Under the pieces are notes generated by a model. The model saw only the letters and a program-made list of their open reading frames with translations. It was not told the origin of the DNA and did not search any database. Both the position numbers and the translations under genes were made by a program. From positions 29,707-93,706 of the forward strand of contig JAGVMV010000024.1 of assembly GCA_020053595.1 (NCBI GenBank): 64,000 bases of DNA, read 5' to 3'. How positions within the stretch are numbered: position 1 is the first letter of the stretch; each line of letters begins with the position of its first letter. Origin of the DNA: Thermoleophilia bacterium (GTDB lineage: Bacteria; Actinomycetota; Thermoleophilia; BMS3ABIN01). This document shows, piece by piece, positions 19,048-27,382 of the stretch.

Positions 19048-19605
19048 ATGGCAGATGACAGCAGGTCTGGTCCGTTTGCAGGAAGTGCGGGAAAATTTAT
19101 TGGAACAGCAGGAAGGCCGGGGTTTGCAAAGCGATTTGTAGCCATAATCGCGGCTTTAGCAGGGGTCTTGCTGACGCTGGCTATAATCGCCGGCTGCGAC
19201 GGCGATCAAAAAACCGATACAGCAACGGCGCCAGCCGGCCAAAAAACAGAGGCGGCGATAGCCCTGCCGGCCGACTCGGGTGGCCGAATGCAGATCGCTG
19301 AGACCAGCTACGACTTTGGCAGTGTCCCGGTGGATCAGAAAGTCGAACACTCGTTTGCCATCAAAAACACCGGTAGTGGTCCTCTCAGTCTGGGCCGGCT
19401 CGACGTCAAGCGACTGGAAGGCTGCTGAGACGCTCAGGCGGTCGTGGGTTCCACGACTATCGAACCGGGCGAAAGCACGACGGTCACCGTTTCCATGCAT
19501 ATGGGCAAGGGCATGGGAGGCCAGCATCTCTTCGAGGTGACGATCAACTCCAACGATCCCTCTCCAGCCGTCAGCAAGGTGTCGGTGAGGGCGAACTATA
19601 TTTAA
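19048..19605 (+). CDS. DUF1573 lipoprotein interrupted by an in-frame TGA (19426-19428) inside the conserved Cys motif. Either a putative selenoprotein (Sec) or a pseudogene.
   Basis: Strong AAAGGAGA RBS. Signal peptide with lipobox LAIIAG-C. DUF1573-like sequence: ...YDFGSVPVDQKVEHSFAIKNTGSGPLSLGRLDVKRLEGC-TGA-DAQAVVGSTTIEPGESTTVTVSM...EVTINSNDP. A hairpin GUCGUGG-GUU-CCACGAC begins 11 nt after the TGA. Confidence 0.55.
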
Positions 19606-19608
19606 TTC

Positions 19609-21030
19609 ATGACTGATCAGACAAATGAAGCGGCTGCCGGCCAGGCGGGTCCGGCAAGCCTCAAGCTGCGGCTGCCGGGCATAGATCCTCTGCTGCGATG
19701 GCGTTTTTATCCAGGGCTATTCCACTGGCTGTTCTACGCCGCCCTTGTGGCCCTGATTTACTTTGCCTTCGCGCCCGGCCAGCGCGGCGAAGGCAACCTG
19801 GCAACCGAGGTTGTCTGGCGCCTCTGGTGGCCGGGGCTGGGGTTCCTGCTGCTCTTCGGCGGCAGGATCTGGTGCGGTGTCTGCCCATTCGGCGGTGTCG
19901 CCGATCTGGCTGGCAGGATCATGAAGGAGCGACCGGCTCCCCCGGGTGTTTTCCGCCGCCTTGGCCCCTGGTTGGGGGTGGCATCGGTGTTTACTTTTGG
20001 CCTGGCCTTTCTGGCGCTCGGGCTCGAAGGAAACGCGGGCGCCACCGGGATCATTCTCATCGGCATGACCTTCCTGGCCTTCGGGCTGTCGCTGGCTTTT
20101 CGCGGTCGGACATTTTGCCGCTATCTTTGTCCCGTAGGGCTGATCACTCGGGTCTATTCTTTTTTCTCCTGGCTGAGGCCTCATGGCAGCACACGGATGC
20201 AGGGCGCCATGGCGGTCTGTCCGGTAGGGCAGTCGCCCGCGAGCCTGAGGCAGCCGAGCCAGTGCCAGATGTGTGGCGTCTGCACTCACGATCCTGGCGT
20301 GCGCGGCATCACCACAACAGTGACACCGGTTTCGCCGCGGCTGCCCGGTCTCCAGGAGTTCGGGCGCACCGAGGGCGTGCTGTCGTTACTGCTTCTGGGT
20401 CTGATGGCCGCCGATTCGGTGCGTATGACCCAGCTATTCGCCCGCTACCAGCAATTCGCACTTCCCTACCTGGGTTACAACTACCGGTTGACCGTCGTCC
20501 TGGGCGTGTCGGGTCTGGTGGGCACGATCCTCCTGTTGCAGCTTTGCGTGGCGCGATTACTGGGCGGGCGCGTGCAGGTTGCGGGCGCTGCTGGTACAGG
20601 TGTAGCCAGTGCTGCTACAGGCGCTGCCGTTGCTGGAGATAACACAGGTGTCAAAAACTCGTCCGCCGGCAAAGCATTATCATCGAGCTTCAACTCCATG
20701 GCCTTCAGTATGTTGCCGTTGACCCTGGGAGTTTTCCTGTCACTGTCGCTGCAGCACTTGTGGTCGGGCGCCTGGCCGTCGCTGCAGACGGTGCTGCTGG
20801 AATCGCGGCTCATCGACTGGTCCGGCCACATGCCGCCGACCAACGTTTACTTCGTCAGTATCCCACTGAAGTTACTGCAACTGGCGTTGCTGGGGATGGG
20901 CCTGTACTTCTCCCTGGGGCTTGCCCGGAAAGATAAGAGGGCGGGAGCTCTTAGCCGCAGCGCCGTAGTGCTGGCCGCTTTCAGCGGTTTTGGATTCCTC
21001 TTTCTGCTGCCGATGAGCGGAGCGTGCTAA
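19609..21030 (+). CDS. Polyferredoxin-like integral membrane 4Fe-4S protein (NapH/MauN/FtrD-like)
   Basis: Multi-TM protein with WCGVCPFG and FCRYLCPVG CxxCP ferredoxin motifs, plus a third CQMCGVC cluster. Translationally coupled to the upstream gene. Confidence 0.7.
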   Translation: MTDQTNEAAAGQAGPASLKLRLPGIDPLLRWRFYPGLFHWLFYAALVALIYFAFAPGQRGEGNLATEVVWRLWWPGLGFLLLFGGRIWCGVCPFGGVADLAGRIMKERPAPPGVFRRLGPWLGVASVFTFGLAFLALGLEGNAGATGIILIGMTFLAFGLSLAFRGRTFCRYLCPVGLITRVYSFFSWLRPHGSTRMQGAMAVCPVGQSPASLRQPSQCQMCGVCTHDPGVRGITTTVTPVSPRLPGLQEFGRTEGVLSLLLLGLMAADSVRMTQLFARYQQFALPYLGYNYRLTVVLGVSGLVGTILLLQLCVARLLGGRVQVAGAAGTGVASAATGAAVAGDNTGVKNSSAGKALSSSFNSMAFSMLPLTLGVFLSLSLQHLWSGAWPSLQTVLLESRLIDWSGHMPPTNVYFVSIPLKLLQLALLGMGLYFSLGLARKDKRAGALSRSAVVLAAFSGFGFLFLLPMSGAC

Positions 21031-21034
21031 CCCG

Positions 21035-21469
21035 ATGAATGCCTGGACCAGAAGAGCAGGTGGCATGGTAGCGGTTCTGGCGATGCTGCTGATCGTCTTC
21101 TTTATTGCTGGTTGCGGCGACTCGACCGCCGGCAATGACCCGGCCTTCCCGGAGTTCGTCTACCGTTCCGAAGAGTCCCTGAACGGCTACCGGATTGCCG
21201 CCGCCAACCAGTCCATTCTGGAACATGTGCCCTGTTACTGTGGCTGTAAACAGGATCCTGAGAAATACCAGAACCTCAAGGACTGTTTCTACAATCGCCA
21301 GACCGGCGACTTTGACGAGCACGCCGCCGGGTGCACAACCTGTCTCGACGAGGCGATGGATATCGGCCAGTGGCAGGGGGAAGGATTGTCGGTGCTGGCT
21401 ATCCGGGAGAGGATCGACGCCAAGTATTCAGAACGCGGTGAGCCCACGGATACCCCGATGCCCGAGTAA
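21035..21469 (+). CDS. PCYCGC-motif lipoprotein of unknown function
   Basis: Signal peptide with lipobox FIAG-C. Conserved PCYCGC motif plus additional Cys residues (CTTC). Confidence 0.7.
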   Translation: MNAWTRRAGGMVAVLAMLLIVFFIAGCGDSTAGNDPAFPEFVYRSEESLNGYRIAAANQSILEHVPCYCGCKQDPEKYQNLKDCFYNRQTGDFDEHAAGCTTCLDEAMDIGQWQGEGLSVLAIRERIDAKYSERGEPTDTPMPE

Positions 21470-21472
21470 AAC

Positions 21473-21808
21473 TTAGCCTTTTCCCGCCCAGCGCCGCGAA
21501 AGACCGGACAGCCCCTCGCGCCAGAACACGCGCCAGAACTCAGTCTTCTGATAGCGGGCGTAGGCGGCCCGGCGGCCCGGGTCGGTGAGCACGTCGTGCG
21601 CCTCGTTGATCTCCTGCATCATCAGATTGGCCCACTGTTGCCGTTCCGCGGGATAAGCGTCGGGGTGGTACTTGCGCGCCAGCGCCCTGTAGGCGCGGTC
21701 GATCACTTCCCGTGAAGCTTCAGGGTGGACTTCGAGGATACGGTAATAATCTTTCAAAGCTGGCTGGTTTTTTGATCCATGTTTGCTTGAAGGTGGCGTC
21801 ACGGCCAT
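21473..21808 (-). CDS. J-domain (DnaJ-like) protein. The start is chosen at the Met preceding the J-domain; the ORF is open further upstream.
   Basis: DYYRILEVHPEASREVIDRAYRALARKYHPD is a J-domain with the HPD motif. Confidence 0.6.
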   Translation of the reverse strand: MAVTPPSSKHGSKNQPALKDYYRILEVHPEASREVIDRAYRALARKYHPDAYPAERQQWANLMMQEINEAHDVLTDPGRRAAYARYQKTEFWRVFWREGLSGLSRRWAGKG

Positions 21809-22041
21809 TTCCGGCTCAGCCAATGGTATCGCAAACACAGGAGGGTTCCAAACCAGGAGGGAAGTCATGCCATCAGTGCGCACAAATTTGAGCACGCCCT
21901 CTATGGCAGGTACTTGGCAAGCCTGCAAAGTTAGCCGGGTCGGCAAATCCGCTCGCAACTGCCGCTTCTGACCCGACACCACGTCCACGTCAACTGTAAT
22001 TCACAAACCTCTGCGCTTGCCACGCGCTCGTCTGGAGAGGA

Positions 22042-22515
22042 TTAAGCTGGAATCCTCTCACTTTGGGAATCAGAAAATTCCCATCCCTTGGAAGAGCCTG
22101 CCACGTAATTGATCTTATCCGATGCCAGATCGGCGAATGTCGTCGACTCCAGCCGGTCGATCAGTGTCTGCTGGATGCGATCCCAGATGGGGTAAACGGG
22201 ACAGAAACTTTCCCGGTCACATTCGCCTTTGTCCCGCAGGCAGTGGTTGAGCACTATCGGTTCCTCGATTGCCTCTATGACCTCACGCAGGTTGATCTTA
22301 TCCGGCGATCTGGCCAGCAGGACACCGCCCTGGTTGCCGCGGAGCGTCCTGACGAGGCCGGCGCGGGCCAGAGTGCGCATGATGGTGGGGAGATACTTCT
22401 CGGGGATTCCCTCACTGATCGCGATTTCCTTGGTCTGCACCACATTGCCAGTCTTTTCAGCCGACAGATGCAGCAATGCTCTAACCGCGTAATCAGCTTG
22501 TCTGGTAAGTTGCAT
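22042..22515 (-). CDS. Rrf2-family transcriptional regulator (IscR/NsrR-like, Cys-containing)
   Basis: N-terminal winged-helix YAVRALLHLS... sequence. Conserved cysteines (CLRDKGECDRESFCP) suggest Fe-S cluster ligation. Confidence 0.8.
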   Translation of the reverse strand: MQLTRQADYAVRALLHLSAEKTGNVVQTKEIAISEGIPEKYLPTIMRTLARAGLVRTLRGNQGGVLLARSPDKINLREVIEAIEEPIVLNHCLRDKGECDRESFCPVYPIWDRIQQTLIDRLESTTFADLASDKINYVAGSSKGWEFSDSQSERIPA

Positions 22516-22924
22516 TTGTCACCTCCTCGCACGAATAATTTTTTGCGCGGGCATCTACCAACGTTTTCAACCTTGTGCCGTAAACTTACGTAAGGAGCAT
22601 ATCCTCCCTGGGAACCCGCTACTATCGGGGAAAACCCCCATCTTTGTTATCGCAATAACTAATATTAGTGGGTCGGTTGTGTCTGTTTGAAGCAGGTTTA
22701 GGTACAAAATCACAATTTGCAGGCTAATTTTAATCAATAGCTAGTAGGGGTGAAATCTCAAGCATGTCGCGATTCCGAATCGAGCTGAAGTTTTTATCCT
22801 GATGGATAAAAGGCGGGACAGTGCAGGACAGTTCGGGACGATTGGGCTAAATGCCGCAGAGGACGATGCGGCGCAAAGTGGGACACCCTGGTGAGGCTCT
22901 CAATCCTCCTTGAGGAATGCTCGC

Positions 22925-24262
22925 TTACCACTTACGCTCGAGGTTCAAGAGCTCCCTGGTGTAGCCGACCACGCAGATCGGTGAGACGATGAACTGATAG
23001 ATCAGGAAATAGGCCAGGAAACCCAGTAGATTCCGGCGGATCTTCAGGCCCATGAGGTCGAAGACGCCCTTCTGGTAGCGCAGCATGATCAGCACGATCA
23101 AAGCGGTCAACGGCAGCACCAGCAGGGTCATCGCCCCGGCCAGGTAGAAGTAGCCGAAGCAGGCCAGTGCTACGCCAGGGAGAAAAGCCAGGGTAAAGAC
23201 CAGGTCCAGGGGCGGGAAGAGCAGGTCCATCGCCACAAAGAAGCTGGCGAACCGGCGTTGGCGCCAGACATTTCCCAGATGGCTGCGAAGAGCCTCGATC
23301 ATGCCGCGGGCCCAGCGCTGGCGCTGGCGGTAGAAACCGCGGAACGTATGGGGCACTCTGGTGAAGGCAATAGCGGTCGGTTCATGGACGATCTGATGGC
23401 CCTCACCGATCAGCGCCCAGGTGAGCACGATGTCCTCGCCGATGCGGTTCGGCCAGCCCCGGGCGGCGCGCACCACGCCGGTGCGGAAGGCGCTGAACGA
23501 GCCTTGCGCCACCAGCGTCCCCCGGTACATGCTCTGCTGGCGCTTGACGGCGCCGATGCCCAGGAAATAATCCCACTCCTGCAGCCGGGTAAAACTGGAT
23601 TCCCGCGAATTCTTGGCCAGCACCGAACCCGCCACGGCGGCGCAGTCAGGACTCTGCATCAGCCGGGCGACGATCCGGCGTAGCGCCTGTGGATGCAGGA
23701 AGGTGTCGGCGTCGATGGTTACCAGTATCCGGTGGGAAACCGCTTCCAGCCCGGCGTTCAGCGCCGCCGCCTTGCCCTGGTGGGGGATGGAGATGACTTC
23801 GAGGCAGGGCTTCCTCAGCGAACGCAGAAAATTGAGGGTCCCGTCGCTGGAGCCGTCGTCGACGACTATCACCTCAATCTCCGCCGGATAATCCTGACCC
23901 GCCAGGCCGCGGAAAGTCTCCGCCAGGTTCTCCTCTTCGTTATAGGCGGCCATGAGGATGGAAACGCCCGGAAACGTTCCCTCGAGACTGAGTTTCGGCT
24001 GACGGTAGGAAAGCAGGCTGAGCAGGAGGAAGATGTTCAGGTAGCCGGGGATGATGGCGATGAAGGCGACCAGGATGATGGCGCCGGGCAAGGTCAGCAG
24101 GTCATCAAGGTCGCCGACCCAGCGGGATGCCAGCAGGCTGGCGGCGCCAGCGCACATCAGCGCGCCGACGTTGGCGGCGATAAAGCGCGTTGCCATTCCC
24201 GAGCGGGGCAGCTCCGCGGCGAGCCCCTCACCGCCCAGGGCGGTTTTTGAATGAGTGTTCAA
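22925..24262 (-). CDS. Family 2 glycosyltransferase, processive synthase type (multi-TM; PgaC/cellulose-synthase-like)
   Basis: ILMAAYNEEENL...VVDDGSSDGT and DxD region, QxxRW-like RQRQRWARG, and flanking TM helices. Confidence 0.8.
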   Translation of the reverse strand: MNTHSKTALGGEGLAAELPRSGMATRFIAANVGALMCAGAASLLASRWVGDLDDLLTLPGAIILVAFIAIIPGYLNIFLLLSLLSYRQPKLSLEGTFPGVSILMAAYNEEENLAETFRGLAGQDYPAEIEVIVVDDGSSDGTLNFLRSLRKPCLEVISIPHQGKAAALNAGLEAVSHRILVTIDADTFLHPQALRRIVARLMQSPDCAAVAGSVLAKNSRESSFTRLQEWDYFLGIGAVKRQQSMYRGTLVAQGSFSAFRTGVVRAARGWPNRIGEDIVLTWALIGEGHQIVHEPTAIAFTRVPHTFRGFYRQRQRWARGMIEALRSHLGNVWRQRRFASFFVAMDLLFPPLDLVFTLAFLPGVALACFGYFYLAGAMTLLVLPLTALIVLIMLRYQKGVFDLMGLKIRRNLLGFLAYFLIYQFIVSPICVVGYTRELLNLERKW

Positions 24263-24425
24263 AGCGAAATCGTTTTACCTTACCCCGAGGTACGGAGCAA
24301 AACGAGAAGAGCGGCCAGGCCTCCGGCTAGAAGGCCCGGCACAAATTCGACATTCTAATTCGCTGTTACGACCATAAAACCTCTATTTGGAAGGGCTGAG
24401 GTTCTCTGTTACAACCACACAATCT

Positions 24426-26138
24426 CTATTTGGAGGGGCTGAGGTAGAGCACCTGCTGCCGGCGGCTGCCGTAACGAAAAACAGTGATGCCCTTGCAACC
24501 CAGCTCCCAGGCCAGCAGAAAGACGCGCTTTACATCATCAATGCCGGAGTCCCGTGGCAGGTTGACCGTCTTGGAAACCGCGTTGTCCACATGCTTCTGG
24601 AAGGCGGCCTGCATGCGCACGTGCCACTCGGGTTCGATGTCCATGGCGGTTCGGAAAAGCTTGCGCAAGTCGGCGGGCACCCGCTCGTTTCCGGCTACGC
24701 TGCCGCTGCGGGCGATTTCCATCATCAGGTCCTCCGAGTGGAATCCGTGCTGGCGGGCCAGGCGTTCGAACTCGGTATTGGTCTCAAAAAGGCGGGTGCC
24801 ATCCATCACGTCCCGCACGAAAGAGATGGCGAACAGTGGCTCGATGCCGCTACTGGTGCCGGCGATCACACTTATGGTTCCGGTTGGCGCGATGGTCGTC
24901 ACGGTGGCGTTCCGCATGGCTTCATAGCCGCGCTGTTGCCAGAGGCTGCCCTCAAAGTTGGGGAAGGACCCGCGCCGGCCGGCGATCCCGATCGATTTTG
25001 CCACCGCCCGCTCCTCGATGAACTTCATGATCTCCTCCGCCTTGGCCAGCGCCGCTTCCGAGTCGTAGCGGATTCCCAGCCGCACCAGCGCCTCGGCGAA
25101 GCCCATTACGCCAAGGCCGATCTTCCGGTTGCCGTCGGTCATCTTCCCGATCTCGTCCAGCGGGAAGTGGTTGGCATCGATAACGTTGTCGAGAAAATGT
25201 ACCGCGATATCGACCAGCTTGCCGAGCCGAGCCCAGTCGATCTCGCCGGCCGTGACGAATTTCGACAGGTCTATCGAGCCCAGGTTGCACGACTCGTAAG
25301 GCAGCAGCGGCTGCTCGCCGCAGGGATTGGTGGTTTCCATCGACCCCAGCCGCGGCGTGGGGTTGGCAGCGTTGATGCGGTCGAGGAAGATCATGCCCGG
25401 GTCGCCACAGGCCCAGGCCGCGGCGGCGATCGCCTCCATAACCGGGAGCGCCCGCAACCGCCCGGCCGCCGCGCCGGTTCGCGGGTTTACCAGCCGGTAC
25501 TCACTATCCGTTCTCACCGCTTCCATGAACTCGTCAGTCACTGCCACGGAAATGTTGAAGTTCCGTAGAAAGTCCTCCTGCTGCTTGGACCCGATGAACT
25601 CCAGGATGTCTGGATGGTCGATACGCAGCACACCCATGTTGGCGCCGCGCCGCCGCCCGCCCTGCTTGACCACCTCGGTGGCGCTATCGAAGGTGCCCAT
25701 GAAGCTCACCGGACCGGAAGCGATACCATGGGTTGTTCCCACGAGGTCGCCTTTTGGCCGCAGGTGGGAGAAGGAGAACCCGGTGCCGCCGCCCGCCTGG
25801 TGGATGATGGCCATGGACTTGACCGAATCAAAAATCCCGGTGATGGAATCGGGCACCGGCAGGACAAAGCAGGCCGAGAGCAGCCCCAGTTCCGTGCCGG
25901 CGTTCATCAGGGTGGGGGAGTTCGGCAGGAACTCGAGCGACGCCATGGCCTGATAGAACTGCTCCGCGGAAAAAGCCGGGTCGTCCCCGTAAGCCGCATC
26001 GGGAGCGGCCACGTGCCGGGCCACACGCCGGAAAAGTTCCGCCGGTGTTTCCACGACCCTGCCCTGTCCATCTTTCATCAGGTAGCGCCGCGACAGAACA
26101 GTCAGTGCGTTTGGTAGCAGATGCAGGTCGTTCTTCAT
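24426..26138 (-). CDS. nrdJ: Adenosylcobalamin-dependent (class II) ribonucleoside-diphosphate reductase NrdJ
   Basis: Class II RNR motifs: LPNSPTLMNAG, active-site CGEQPLLPYESCNLGS, and a C-terminal redox pair. Confidence 0.85.
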   Translation of the reverse strand: MKNDLHLLPNALTVLSRRYLMKDGQGRVVETPAELFRRVARHVAAPDAAYGDDPAFSAEQFYQAMASLEFLPNSPTLMNAGTELGLLSACFVLPVPDSITGIFDSVKSMAIIHQAGGGTGFSFSHLRPKGDLVGTTHGIASGPVSFMGTFDSATEVVKQGGRRRGANMGVLRIDHPDILEFIGSKQQEDFLRNFNISVAVTDEFMEAVRTDSEYRLVNPRTGAAAGRLRALPVMEAIAAAAWACGDPGMIFLDRINAANPTPRLGSMETTNPCGEQPLLPYESCNLGSIDLSKFVTAGEIDWARLGKLVDIAVHFLDNVIDANHFPLDEIGKMTDGNRKIGLGVMGFAEALVRLGIRYDSEAALAKAEEIMKFIEERAVAKSIGIAGRRGSFPNFEGSLWQQRGYEAMRNATVTTIAPTGTISVIAGTSSGIEPLFAISFVRDVMDGTRLFETNTEFERLARQHGFHSEDLMMEIARSGSVAGNERVPADLRKLFRTAMDIEPEWHVRMQAAFQKHVDNAVSKTVNLPRDSGIDDVKRVFLLAWELGCKGITVFRYGSRRQQVLYLSPSK

Positions 26139-26493
26139 GCCGGGGAGCTTTCCGACGACCCGCTGCCGCCATCAGACTGAAGTGCCCGGCTCTCGGCAAA
26201 ACCGAAATTAGCCGTCATGGCCACGGAGAATCCCAGCAGCATGGATTTTATGGTCGTTTCGCCCATCCAGTTTGGAACTTCGGCTCCCGTGGCAGAAAAC
26301 AACACCTGCAAACAGCGGTATATTATTTCCCTTTCCCGGCGAAACTTAACCAGTTCTTAATGGGCGAAACTTGCTGTAAACAGCCGTAGCACAGTACAAT
26401 ACTCGCAATTGGAAACAGTGCGGCCGTTCGGGTTCAGGCTAACAGGAGCTGAAAATGGAACTTTTGGCGAGCCGCGGATCGGGAAAGGGAAAA

Positions 26494-26871
26494 ATGTCTT
26501 TATTGCTGGAACTGTCCGAAGAGCTGGATTGCAAGGAGTGCGGGGTGCTTTGCGAAAAGGTTGTCTACCCCGCCAACTGCATCGACTCGGAATGCAAGTA
26601 TATCTATTCGTACGACCAGGCCGGCTCCACCTATTTCGGCTGCCTGTACAAGGTGTTCGCCGTGGAGATCGACATGGCGGGATTTCTGGAGCTGGAGAAG
26701 CGCAAGGGCGGTTTTGGCGCGGTCAAGGTCGTGCGCCCGCCCCGTGAACGCTGCCACGTTACCGTGGAGAAGGCCTACAACCGCGAGCAGGGGGAATCCT
26801 GCCGCCAGGCGCTGCTCAAGCGTTACTCGACTGATAAAGCAGAGGCGCCGGCCTACCCCCACGAACGCTGA
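26494..26871 (+). CDS. Hypothetical Cys-rich small protein. The ATG at 26494 follows an AAGGGAAAA RBS.
   Basis: High GC3 codon bias and good RBS. CxxCxxxC (DCKECGVLC) plus four more Cys. No family recognised. Confidence 0.45.
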   Translation: MSLLLELSEELDCKECGVLCEKVVYPANCIDSECKYIYSYDQAGSTYFGCLYKVFAVEIDMAGFLELEKRKGGFGAVKVVRPPRERCHVTVEKAYNREQGESCRQALLKRYSTDKAEAPAYPHER

Positions 26872-26919
26872 ACCCTTCGGGGACGCAGGTTGCCTGTTTC
26901 CATTTGTGTCGTACTCTAA

Positions 26920-27288
26920 TTGAACCGCGCCCATTTTGAACAACTGGTAGAGGAAGCGCTGGCCGATCTGCCGCCGGAGTTCGCCGAGCGCCTCGACAAC
27001 GTCACCATCATGGTCGAGGACTGGGCTTCGCCGGATCAGCTGGGCAAGGTGAACCTGAGGGATCCCCATCACCTGCTGGGCCTTTACGAAGGCATCCCGC
27101 TGACCGAAAGACCCCGGGCCTACGACGGCGCCCTGCCGGACCGCATAACAATCTTTCGCATCCCCATCGAGGAGATGTCACGCTCCGACAGCGATATCAA
27201 GAACCAGGTCCGCAAGACGGTCATGCATGAGCTGGGGCATTACTTTGGTATGTCGGAGGAGCAGCTGCGCGAAACCGGCGCCGATTGA
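26920..27288 (+). CDS. Zincin-like metallopeptidase family protein (DUF1025/Zincin_1-like)
   Basis: HELGHYFG HExxH motif. N-terminal FEQLVEEALADLPPEF...NVTIMVED block typical of this family. Confidence 0.7.
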   Translation: MNRAHFEQLVEEALADLPPEFAERLDNVTIMVEDWASPDQLGKVNLRDPHHLLGLYEGIPLTERPRAYDGALPDRITIFRIPIEEMSRSDSDIKNQVRKTVMHELGHYFGMSEEQLRETGAD

Positions 27289-27307
27289 CCACAAAGCAGT
27301 GATCATA

Positions 27308-27345
27308 AGAGCCGCGCCGCTGAAAGCGGCGCGGCTCTTATTCCT
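27308..27345. terminator. Bidirectional rho-independent terminator between convergent genes
   Basis: Perfect 13-bp stem AGAGCCGCGCCGC / GCGGCGCGGCTCT with a 5-nt loop and a T-rich tail. Confidence 0.7.
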
Positions 27346-27382
27346 GATTTGAAGAGCAGGCAGTAAGTTACCGCTGCCTTGC

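Noticed and set aside
21809-21988. N-terminal 60-codon extension of the J-domain ORF
   Set aside because: The extension is not part of the J-domain and shows no conservation signal. The Met immediately before the J-domain was preferred as the start, although the true start remains uncertain.
26139-26493. Cobalamin riboswitch or NrdR box in the nrdJ leader
   Set aside because: No B12-box or GGTGC...GCCACTG core is present, and no convincing 16-bp NrdR-type palindrome was found by eye. nrdJ itself is B12-dependent, so riboswitch repression would not be expected.
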